From the NCBI RefSeq assembly GCF_042660085.1, contig NZ_JBHSTI010000008.1, forward strand, positions 1,359,876-1,391,875: a stretch of DNA of 32,000 nt. The letters are read 5' to 3'. The position numbers and the translations under genes are program-made. This stretch comes from Longivirga aurantiaca (GTDB taxonomy: Bacteria; Actinomycetota; Actinomycetes; S36-B12; CAIYMF01). The notes under the pieces were generated by a model. That model worked only from the letters and a program-made list of their open reading frames with translations, was not told the origin of the DNA and ran no database searches. This document shows, piece by piece, positions 20,915 through 28,700 of the stretch. Position 1 is the stretch's first letter, and each line of letters starts with the position of its first letter.

Positions 20915-21358
20915 CTACTCGGCGGGGGCGAGCTTGATGCTGACCGAGTTGATGCAGTAGCGCTGGTCGGTGGGGGTGCCGTAGCCCTCGCCCTCGAACA
21001 CGTGGCCCAGGTGGCTGCCGCAGCTGGCGCAGCGCACCTCGACGCGCTTCATGCCCATCGTGCGGTCCTCGAGCAGGATCACGGACTCGCCCGCGAGCGG
21101 CGACCAGAACGACGGCCAGCCGCAGTGCGAGTCGAACTTCGTGTCGCTGGTGAACAGCACGGCGTCGCACGCGCGGCAGGTATAGGTGCCGGCGGTCTTG
21201 GTGTCGGTGTACTCGCCCGTGAACGCGCGCTCGGTGCCCGCCTCGCGGAGCACGTGGTACTCCGTCGGCGACAGCACCGCCTTCCAGTCGTCCTCGGACT
21301 TCACGATGTCGAAGGGCGTGCCGTCGGGCTTCACGGTGGGCATGGGTCCTGTGCTCAT
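20915..21358 (-). CDS. msrB: peptide-methionine (R)-S-oxide reductase
   Basis: 147 aa from the ATG at 21358. Zinc CxxC pairs (CRAC, CASC), plus GWPSF, HLGHVF and the catalytic RYCINS motif. Confidence 0.93.
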   Translation of the reverse strand: MSTGPMPTVKPDGTPFDIVKSEDDWKAVLSPTEYHVLREAGTERAFTGEYTDTKTAGTYTCRACDAVLFTSDTKFDSHCGWPSFWSPLAGESVILLEDRTMGMKRVEVRCASCGSHLGHVFEGEGYGTPTDQRYCINSVSIKLAPAE

Positions 21359-21459
21359 GGCACCGAACGTACGTCGCCACAGGGTGCCGAGCCAGCCGGA
21401 AGCCATGACAGAACGCTTACACGTCCCCACTGAACCCGCAGCCCGGCTAGCGTCCCTCC

Positions 21460-22512
21460 ATGGGCAAGGAGTTCGGGGAGCCGATCGAGATCGAGGTCGA
21501 CGGGCACCTGGTGAAGGTGAGCAACCCCGAGCGGCCGTACTTCCCGACCGTGGGGATCACCAAGCGCGAGGTGGTGCAGCACTACCTCGACTGCGGCGAG
21601 GGGATCCTGCGCGCACTGCGCGAGCGCCCCACGACCCTCGAGCGCTGGCCCGGGGGAGTCGTGGAGGGCGCGCGGATCTCCACGCGCGAGGGCTTCAAGG
21701 GCGAGGCGTTCTACCAGAAGCGCGTTCCGCAGGGCGCGCCGTCGTACGTCGAGACAGCGCGCATCACGTTCCCGTCGGGACGCACCGCCGACGAGATCGC
21801 TCCGACCTCGCTCGCCGTGATCGCCTACGCCGCCAACCTCGGCACCATCACGTTCCACCCGTGGCCGGTGCGCATGCGGGACGTCGAGCACCCGGACGAG
21901 CTGCGGCTCGACCTCGACCCGCAGCCGGGCAGCGACTTCTCCGACGCCGTCGCCGTCGCGCACGAGCTGAAGGCCCTGCTCGAGGAGCTCGGCATGGTGG
22001 GCTGGCCGAAGACCAGCGGCGGCCGGGGGATCCACGTGTACGTGCGGATCGAGCCCCGGTGGGAGTTCACCGACGTACGGCACGCCGCGATCGCGGTCGG
22101 CCGCGAGCTCGAGCGACGTATGCCAGGGCGCGTGACCACCAAGTGGTGGAAGGAGGAGCGGCCCGACGGCACGATCTTCCTCGACTACAATCAGAACGCC
22201 CGCGACCGCACGATCGCCTCGGCCTACTCGATCCGCTCCAAGCCGCATGCCCCGGTGTCGATGCCGATCCGATGGGACGAGCTCGACGACGTGTCCCCGT
22301 CCGACTTCACGGTGCGCACCGCCGGCGCACGCTTCGCCGAGGTGGGCGACCTGCACGCGGGCATCGACGGCACGTCGTACGACATCACCCCGCTGCTCGA
22401 GTCGTACGCCCGCGACGAGGCCGACGGATTCCCCGACCTGCCCTACCCGCCGGACTACCCGAAGATGCCTGGGGAGCCCAAGCGCGTCCAGCCGAGCCGA
22501 GAACGCTCCTGA
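21460..22512 (+). CDS. stand-alone LigD-type primase-polymerase (AEP superfamily; Prim-PolC-like)
   Basis: 350 aa. AEP catalytic motifs ELRLDLDP (DxD) and SGGRGIHVYV (SGxGxH). No ligase or nuclease domain is fused. The last ~20 codons overlap the left direct repeat of the inserted element. Confidence 0.9.
   Translation: MGKEFGEPIEIEVDGHLVKVSNPERPYFPTVGITKREVVQHYLDCGEGILRALRERPTTLERWPGGVVEGARISTREGFKGEAFYQKRVPQGAPSYVETARITFPSGRTADEIAPTSLAVIAYAANLGTITFHPWPVRMRDVEHPDELRLDLDPQPGSDFSDAVAVAHELKALLEELGMVGWPKTSGGRGIHVYVRIEPRWEFTDVRHAAIAVGRELERRMPGRVTTKWWKEERPDGTIFLDYNQNARDRTIASAYSIRSKPHAPVSMPIRWDELDDVSPSDFTVRTAGARFAEVGDLHAGIDGTSYDITPLLESYARDEADGFPDLPYPPDYPKMPGEPKRVQPSRERS
22458..22497 (+). repeat. 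left direct repeat (putative attL core) inside the Prim-Pol 3' end
   Basis: cccgaagatgcctggggagcccaagcgcgtccagccgagc is 36/40 identical (manual alignment) to 24792-24831, in the same orientation. Confidence 0.55.
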
Positions 22513-22569
22513 CCTGCGCCGATCGCATGTGTCGGGAGTAGCTCAACGCTTACTCACCAGACGACCTAG

Positions 22570-23290
22570 GTGCGTGACCGACTCATCGCGCGAGCGCCTC
22601 GACGACCTGCTGGTGTGCTTCCGCCGCGAGCTGCGGGCCTGGCGGACAAGGGCCGTGAGCCGGTCCTCGAGGAGTTCCCCTAGGGCGCCATCGCCGCGCA
22701 CCCGGGGGAGATGCTCGACGCCGAGCCGCCCCTGAGCGCGTCCACCGTTGCCATGCACGACCGCGGCCTCGCGTGGTTCCGCCGGTGGCTGGTCGCCGAG
22801 GACTCCCTGAGCGCCCACCGATGATCGGTTCGGAGAAGCCCAAGCCCCAGGAGAAGCCCGTCCCGGTCCTGACCGACGCCGACCTCGAGCGGCTGTGCAG
22901 GCCACATCCGGCACCCGGTTCGAGGACCGCCGCGATCACGCCATGATCAGCCTGCTGCTCGACGGCGGCCTGCGTATCTCCGAGCCCGCCAACCTCCAGG
23001 TCGTGGACGTGGACCTCGACGTGTTCGACGCTGTCCCGGTCACCGGAAAGGGCGGCAAGGCCCGCGCCGTGCAGTTCGATGCCAAGGCAGGCAAGGCCCT
23101 GGAGCGGTACCTGCGCGAGCGTCGCAGCAACAAGGCCGCCGGCACAACCGAAGCCCTCTGGCTCGGCCAGCGGGGCGCCCTGAGCTTCTGGGGCGTGGAG
23201 GAGCGGCTCAAGGTGCGCGCCGCGCAGGCCGGCGTCGAGAACCTGCGCGCACACCGCTTCCGGCACACGGTCGCCGCCGACGTCCTCTAG
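22570..23290 (+). pseudogene. tyrosine recombinase/integrase pseudogene (frameshifted and C-terminally truncated)
   Basis: Integrase-like segments occur in three different frames. They are RERLDDLLVCFRRELRA, then LSASTVAMHDRGLAWFRRWLVAED, then MIGSEKPKPQEKPVPVLTDADLERLC, then ATSGTRFEDRRDHAMISLLLDGGLRISEPANLQVVDVDL...GKGGKARAV...HRFRHT. There is an in-frame TAG at 22681. The ORF stops 6 codons after the HxxRHT box, so the region carrying the catalytic Tyr is missing. Confidence 0.8.
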
Positions 23291-23338
23291 CGCGGAACGA
23301 GCGACGGCCCGACGGCATGGAGCGGCCCCCGGCAGCGC

Positions 23339-23731
23339 CTACACGAAGCCCGAATACGGGAACGGGGGCTCGTCGGGATCTCTCTTCCAGAACCCCTTCC
23401 AAGCCCGCAGGAAGCGGCGCGGGTTGAGGACCAACAGCGGCACCCACGCGACGCTAGTGACGACGAAAGTCGTCACGGCCGCCAACACACAAACGAGGGC
23501 GACGGTGCAGAGCCAAGGGGCTCCATCGTTCTGATATGGCCAGTCCGCCCATGGCGTCAGGATGAGGATGGCGACCAAGGACAGCGGCCATACGCCGAGG
23601 ATCGTCCCCAAGACTCTGGTGTCGCGATCCCGTGGGGGCCTATCGGCTGCTGGTGAGTCGGTCGCCTTGCTCTGCTCCTCGCTCAGCCGATCCAGGCTCT
23701 CCTGGATCGATTCATTCTCTGGAATCGCCAC
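23339..23731 (-). CDS. small 2-TM membrane protein, paralog A (unknown function)
   Basis: 130 aa from the GTG at 23731 (VAIPENESIQESLDRLSEEQSKA...), preceded by GGGAGG-N8. That start context matches paralog B, so I prefer it to the track ATG at 23815. Two hydrophobic helices and a short basic/Pro-rich tail. Confidence 0.6.
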   Translation of the reverse strand: MAIPENESIQESLDRLSEEQSKATDSPAADRPPRDRDTRVLGTILGVWPLSLVAILILTPWADWPYQNDGAPWLCTVALVCVLAAVTTFVVTSVAWVPLLVLNPRRFLRAWKGFWKRDPDEPPFPYSGFV

Positions 23732-23745
23732 AGTGGCCGCCTCCC
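23669..23745 (-). repeat. 77-nt conserved block (RBS plus first ~20 codons), copy in paralog A
   Basis: 67/77 identical to 24447-24523 by manual alignment, including a 28-nt perfect core tcagccgatccaggctctcctggatcga. Confidence 0.85.
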
Positions 23746-23798
23746 AGTCGTCGTCTGCCGTACCGCTACCCGCAAGAGCGGGAGTGGTGACACGCGGT

Positions 23799-24509
23799 CT
23801 ACGAAGCATCACCATCGCTTCGCTCGCGCGTCGCGGGCACGCGGGGGCCGTAGTACTCGCGCCAGGCCTCGATGGTGTCCACGGCGTCTCGCGCCGTGTT
23901 GCAGCTCAGGGTGACGCACATGTTCTTGACCCGGGTGCCGCCGCCGGTCATGAGGATCTTCACCCCGTAGACCGTCCCGCCCTCGCCAACCGCCATGTCG
24001 GTGAACGCGCCGGCGACGTCTTGCCACGGGATGACGCGTTCCTCCCTCCAATACCACCTCCGGTAGTGGACGCCGTCAGCAGCGCAGAACAGGAACTGCC
24101 GGCGGAAGCCCATCTGCCAGCCGCCGAGCGGGGCGGACCGCGGGCCGAAGTCCTGGGCAGGTGGCCCCGGCACATAGCCGCGGACGGCACGCCGCCACCG
24201 CGGGAAGTCCACGATCATCCACGCCGCATGCACGAGGAACGTCGCGATCATGGCGGCACAACCCAGCACGAACACGCAGCCCAGCCAGTTGAAATCCTTG
24301 GGATGCGGCTCCACCACTGACGCGACGATGATGGCCAGGAATGCGGCGAGGAAGCCCAGGCAGAATCCGAGTGTCACCCGCCTCAGCCGCTTTGCATCGC
24401 GAACCGTTCGTGCGTGTGCAAGGCCCGCTTCCGTCGGGGCTCGTTCGCTCTGCGCTTCGGTCAGCCGATCCAGGCTCTCCTGGATCGACTCATTCTCGGG
24501 AATCGACAC
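23799..24509 (-). CDS. 2-TM membrane protein with a C-terminal PH-like beta-sandwich/helix domain, paralog B (unknown function)
   Basis: 236 aa from the GTG at 24509, preceded by GGGAGG-N8. N-terminus VSIPENESIQESLDRLTEAQSERA, two TM helices, then about 110 aa with a strand-rich pattern capped by a helix (FLFCAADGVHYRRWYW...VYGVKILMTGGG...MCVTLS...ARDAVDTIEAWREYY). This resembles bacterial membrane-flanked PH domains; that assignment is inference only. Confidence 0.65.
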   Translation of the reverse strand: MSIPENESIQESLDRLTEAQSERAPTEAGLAHARTVRDAKRLRRVTLGFCLGFLAAFLAIIVASVVEPHPKDFNWLGCVFVLGCAAMIATFLVHAAWMIVDFPRWRRAVRGYVPGPPAQDFGPRSAPLGGWQMGFRRQFLFCAADGVHYRRWYWREERVIPWQDVAGAFTDMAVGEGGTVYGVKILMTGGGTRVKNMCVTLSCNTARDAVDTIEAWREYYGPRVPATRERSDGDAS

Positions 24510-24523
24510 GATGATCGCCTCCC
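24447..24523 (-). repeat. 77-nt conserved block (RBS plus first ~20 codons), copy in paralog B
   Basis: See the paired copy at 23669-23745. Confidence 0.85.
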
Positions 24524-24759
24524 GCCTTCATCGGTTCGGGGTAGACGGATCCGCCTTGTAGACAAGCGTCCTCTGCCTGCCAGCCTGATGCTCGCCGATC
24601 GGCCCCGACAGGTCGCCGACCCCGCGATGCAGCGGCGAGTGCTAGTTCACAGACTGGGCGATCGGCAAGACGATGCTCGCCCGGCGGTGGTGCTGGCCGT
24701 GCTCCCGCCGAACTCACCGGGCCACCTGCTCGGTTTCGCTGCGGGTTCGTGCGGGCTGA

Positions 24760-24858
24760 GCGTGTCGGGACATCCCTCCCGCCTCTGACACCCCGAAGAT
24801 GGCCGGCGAGCCCAAGCGCGTGCAGCCGAGCAAGGACAAGGACCGCCCGAAGCCCTGA
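24760..24858 (+). pseudogene. orphan relic of the Prim-Pol gene 3' end (displaced by the insertion)
   Basis: The frame reads ...DIPPASDTPKMAGEPKRVQPSKDKDRPKP*, against the functional gene end DLPYPPDYPKMPGEPKRVQPSRERS*. It is preceded by an in-frame TGA at 24757-24759 and has no start codon. Confidence 0.55.
24792..24831 (+). repeat. right direct repeat (putative attR core)
   Basis: cccgaagatggccggcgagcccaagcgcgtgcagccgagc is 36/40 identical to 22458-22497. Confidence 0.55.
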
Positions 24859-24905
24859 CCACGGCAGCCGAGCCCGAGCTCAGGCCGGGGCCTCGCACTC
24901 CGGCG

Positions 24906-25466
24906 TCACTCTGACGGGGCGTTCGCCACGGCGAGGTACTCCGTCACGAACTCGCGAGTCTTGTCCGCATCGTCGCCGAACATCGTGGACATGACGCCCT
25001 CGTGGATCCACATGAAGCCCAGCACGGACTTTCCCGCTACGGACTCGCCCATTCCCACCGAGACGAGCTCGCCCGAGATGGTCTCGAGGGCGGCGGGGGA
25101 GTCACTCGTCGGGTCTGTCAGGGACCCGCGCAGCATCTGCTCCTGCATGTCCGGGTCCGAGAGCACGGGGCCCAGCTGGGCCTGGAGCAGCCAGGCTGCC
25201 CCTCCTGCCCCCTCCACCCGGTGAGCCGACACGGCCGTGAACATCTGAGGCATCTCGTCCGCGGTGGCCAGGAAGTCCTTCACATGCGCGATCTCGAGGT
25301 CTGTGGCCGTCGGATCCTGATACGTGTAGCCGTCCACCTGCACCAGCGGTGGTTCGCCGGGAAGCGCGGTGTGGGCGGTGCGGGCGGGGGCCGCGTCCCC
25401 GCCGCATGCGGCGATGACCAGGGCCGCCCCGAGGCAGACCATGAGGGAACCGACACGTCGTGCCAT
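24906..25466 (-). CDS. lipoprotein of unknown function
   Basis: 186 aa from the ATG at 25466, preceded by GGAGG. Signal peptide with lipobox (VIAAC). No recognisable domain. Divergent from the large surface-protein gene. Confidence 0.75.
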   Translation of the reverse strand: MARRVGSLMVCLGAALVIAACGGDAAPARTAHTALPGEPPLVQVDGYTYQDPTATDLEIAHVKDFLATADEMPQMFTAVSAHRVEGAGGAAWLLQAQLGPVLSDPDMQEQMLRGSLTDPTSDSPAALETISGELVSVGMGESVAGKSVLGFMWIHEGVMSTMFGDDADKTREFVTEYLAVANAPSE

Positions 25467-25759
25467 GACGCACCTCCGGCGGGGCGACCGTGGCGCTGTG
25501 TCTCCAGAGGGAAGCCGTATCCGCACGGCTCGCTACCGCATCCAGGATCCCAGTCCGTGCGGGGCGAGGCAAAAGGTGGGTGCCGTCGTCGGAGGGCCGA
25601 CCTGGGCACGCGCACGGACGCCACCGGCCCAGATCCTGACGCTGAGCGCCGGTCCGGTGACGCGTCGTCACGTCGCGCACCGACACGCCGGAACCGCCAT
25701 TCAGGTCGCCGGATTCCGGTCGTCACGACCCTAGGCTCGCCGCACTCAGGAGGGTGGGC

Positions 25760-28700
25760 ATGGTGTCGGGTCGAGCGCAGGTTGCCGTTCGACGGGGGTT
25801 CGGGAAGGTTCGGCGGGGGATCAGGAAGGCCGTGTCGGCGACGACGGCCGCGTTGGTGGCCGCGTCCGTCCTGGTGCTCGGGCTGGGCTCGCCGGCATCG
25901 GCGGCAGGCCTCTGCGCGACCCCGGGCGGCAGCGGCGCGGGCGGCACGCTCACGGGCGTGGTCAACAGCTACTACCCGGGGGTGGGTGCCGCGGCCGCGG
26001 GTGCGACGAGCATCAGCGTCGGCGCGCGCTCGGGAGCGGCCACGCCCATCGCGGCCGGCGACATGCTGCTGGTGATCCAGATGCAGGGCGCCTCGATCAC
26101 CAGCACCAACACGGACGCGTACGGCGACGGCGTCGCCGGTGCACCGGCGTCCGGCTACACGGCGCTCGGCGGCAGCGGCTCGTACGAGTACGTGCGCGCG
26201 ACCTCGGCCGTCTCGGCGGGGGCGGTAGGCATCGCGGGCCTCGGTGCCGGGGGCGGCCTCATCAACGCCTACGCCACGGCTGCGGCGACGGCGACCGCGG
26301 GCCAGAGGACGTTCCAGGTGGTGCGGGTGCCGCAGTTCACCACCGCCACGACGAGCTCCAGCCTCACCGCTGCCGCGTGGAACGGCTCCGTCGGCGGTGT
26401 CCTGGCGCTCGACACCGCGTCGACCCTGACCCTCAACGGGACGTCGCGCGTTGACGGCCTCGGCTTCCGCGGCGGAGTCGGGATCCAGCGCAGCGGCGGC
26501 GCGGGGGCCAACACCGACGTCGTGCGCTCGTCGTCGGCGGGCAACGGCGGAACCAAGGGCGAGGGCATCGCCGGCACCCCGAGCCAGACGACCGCGACGA
26601 ACGGCTACCCGGGCGGCGACGTCGACCGCGGGGCCCCGGGCAACGGCGGTGGCGGCGGCACCGACGGCCGGCCTTCGGCCAACGACCAGAACACCGGTGG
26701 TGGAGGTGGCGGCAACGGCGGCGCCGGCGGTCTCGGCGGGAACGCCTGGTCGTCCGCGGTTGCCGCCGGCGGGTACGGCGGCGTCGCGCTCCCCGGGTCC
26801 TCGACCGTGGCGTTCCTCGGCGGCGGCGGCGGTGCGGGGACGGGCAACAACTTCACGGCGCCCAACTCCAACGGAGCAGCGGGCGGCGGCATCGTGCTGA
26901 TCCGCGCGGGCGCCGTGGCCGGTGCCGGATCGATCACTGCGAACGGGGCGTCAGCAGGCAACAGCACGCCCAACGACGGCGGTGGCGGCGGCGGTGCCGG
27001 TGGCTCGATCGTCCTGACCTCGCCGTCGGGCTCCCTCGCGGGAGCGACACTGTCGGCCAACGGCGGTCGTGGCGGCGACGCGTGGCGCACGCAGGCCGGC
27101 GCTGCGAGCGCGCACGGCCCTGGTGGCGGCGGCGGAGGCGGCTGGATCCTCACGTCGTCCGCTCCGACGGCGTCGTCGGTCAGCGGCGGCGTCAACGGGC
27201 TCACGACGACCGGCAACCTCGCGTTCGGCTCCCTCCCGGGGGCGGCTGGCCAGACCGGGACAGTGGCGCCATCGTCCATCCCGGGCGTGAGCGGCGGCGC
27301 CGAGTGCGCCGACCTGTCGATCACCAAGTCCGGTGCGTCGTCGGCGGTGGCGGGCGACGACATCTCGTACACGCTGACCGTCGCGAACGCCGGCCCATCC
27401 GCAGCGGCTGCGGTGCAGGTGGTGGACTCGCTGCCGGCGGGCACCACCTTCGTGTCGTCGAGCGCACCCGCCGGGTGGACGTGCACGCCGGCCGGCGACG
27501 TCTCGGTGACCTGCGCCCGTGCGAGCCTCGCCTCCGGTGCGTCGGCGGTGATCACCGTCGTGGTGACGGGTCCCGCCGAGGCGGCGTCCCTGACCAACCT
27601 GGCCGAGGTCTCGAGCTCGACGCCGGATCCCGATCCGTCCGACAACACCGCCTCGGCCGATACCGCGGTGACGGCGTCCGCGGACCTCTCGGTCGCCAAG
27701 ACCGGCCCCGCGACCGCCGTGGCCGGTATGCAGATCGCGTACAGCCTCACCGCCGCCAACGCCGGGCCCTCCACCGCCGTCGACGTCTCGGTCACCGACA
27801 CGCTCCCGACGGGTACGACGCTCTCCTCCTACTCCGCCCCTCCGGGCTGGACCTGCTCGTCGCTCGGGGACGTGTCCGTCACGTGCACGCGGCCGACGCT
27901 CGCATCGGGCGGATCGGCCGTCATCACCGTCGTGGTCGACGGGCCGCTCGAGGCCGCGTCGCTCACCAACGGCGCCGAGGTGACCAGCACCACCCCCGAC
28001 CTCGATCCGTCCGACAACACCGACTCCGTCGGCACGACGGTCACGGCGTCTGCCGACCTGGCCATCGTCAAGACGGGCCCGGCAACCGTCACGGCGGGCG
28101 GCACCGTGACGTACGGGCTCGCGGTGGCGAACAGCGGCCCGAGCACCGCCACCGCTGTCGAGGTCACCGACGCGCTCCCCGCCGGCGTCGTCCTCACCTC
28201 GGCCGACGGCCCGGGCTGGACCTGCACCGACAACGGCGACGGCACGGTCACCTGCACCATCCCGAGCCTCGCGAGCGGCGACAGCTCGACGATCACGGTC
28301 GTCGTCACGGCCCCGACCGAGGCCGCCACGCTCACCAACGACGCCGAGGTGTCGAGCACCACGCCGGATCCGGACCCGTCCGACAACACCTCGTCCGCCG
28401 ACACCGACGTGACACCGTCGGCCGACCTCTCCGTGGTCAAGACCGGCCCGGCCACGGCCGTCGCCGGCGGCACCGTGTCCTACACCGTCACGGTCGCCAA
28501 CGCCGGGCCGTCGACCGCGACCGATGTGGAGGTCGTCGACACGCTGCCCCCGGGTACGACGTTCGAGTCTGTCGCCGCGGGAGCGGCCTGGACGTGCACG
28601 AACGACGCCGACACGTCCGTCACGTGCACCGCACCGTCGCTGGCCCCTGGTGCGAGCGACGTCATCACCGTCGTCGTGAGCGCGCCCGCGGACCCCGCGA

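Larger units (their letters stand above)
22498..24791. mobile_element. decayed integrative element (about 2.3 kb remnant: dead integrase plus two membrane-protein genes)
   Basis: Bracketed by the 40-nt imperfect direct repeats, with an integrase pseudogene adjacent to the left repeat. Its interior looks less GC-rich by eye; one 60-nt line at 23521 counted by hand is 60% GC. An orphan copy of the Prim-Pol gene tail sits at the right end. Confidence 0.5.

Noticed and set aside
21359-21459. Possible leaderless promoter (TAGCGT 6 nt before the Prim-Pol ATG) in the msrB/Prim-Pol divergent region
   Set aside because: No acceptable -35 element sits at proper spacing; CTTACA lies 26 nt away. A single TANNNT hexamer is not sufficient evidence.
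22531-22560. gtcgggagtagctcaacgcttactcacc resembles a tRNA 5' end and D-arm (TAGCTCAA), which would fit a tRNA-type att site
   Set aside because: No acceptor-stem complement, anticodon arm or T-arm (GTTCGAATC-like) follows. A cloverleaf cannot be built, and the direct repeats point to the Prim-Pol 3' end as the target instead.
24490-24717. 75-aa minus-strand ORF and 124-aa plus-strand ORF (24414-24788) in the right arm of the element
   Set aside because: Neither has an RBS. Their composition is atypical, and they overlap the paralog B start or run antisense to it. The region 24524-24759 is better treated as non-coding remnant DNA.
22528-24770. Second short repeat, gtgtcggga, at 22529-22537 and 24762-24770 near both element ends
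   Set aside because: It is only 9 nt and not collinear with the 40-nt repeats: downstream of the left one but upstream of the right one. A chance match in GC-rich sequence is likely.
25754-25759. GTG at 25754 given as the start of the large surface protein
   Set aside because: It directly abuts the AGGAGG Shine-Dalgarno (25748-25753). The ATG at 25760 has a proper 6-nt spacing, so it was preferred; this is a minor 2-codon difference.
25760-25910. Twin-arginine (Tat) signal in the surface protein (RRGFGK / RRGIRK)
   Set aside because: The RR pairs only loosely fit S/T-RRxFLK. A 1300-aa repeat protein with predicted disulfides is more plausibly exported by Sec. It is reported simply as a signal peptide with an ASA cleavage motif.
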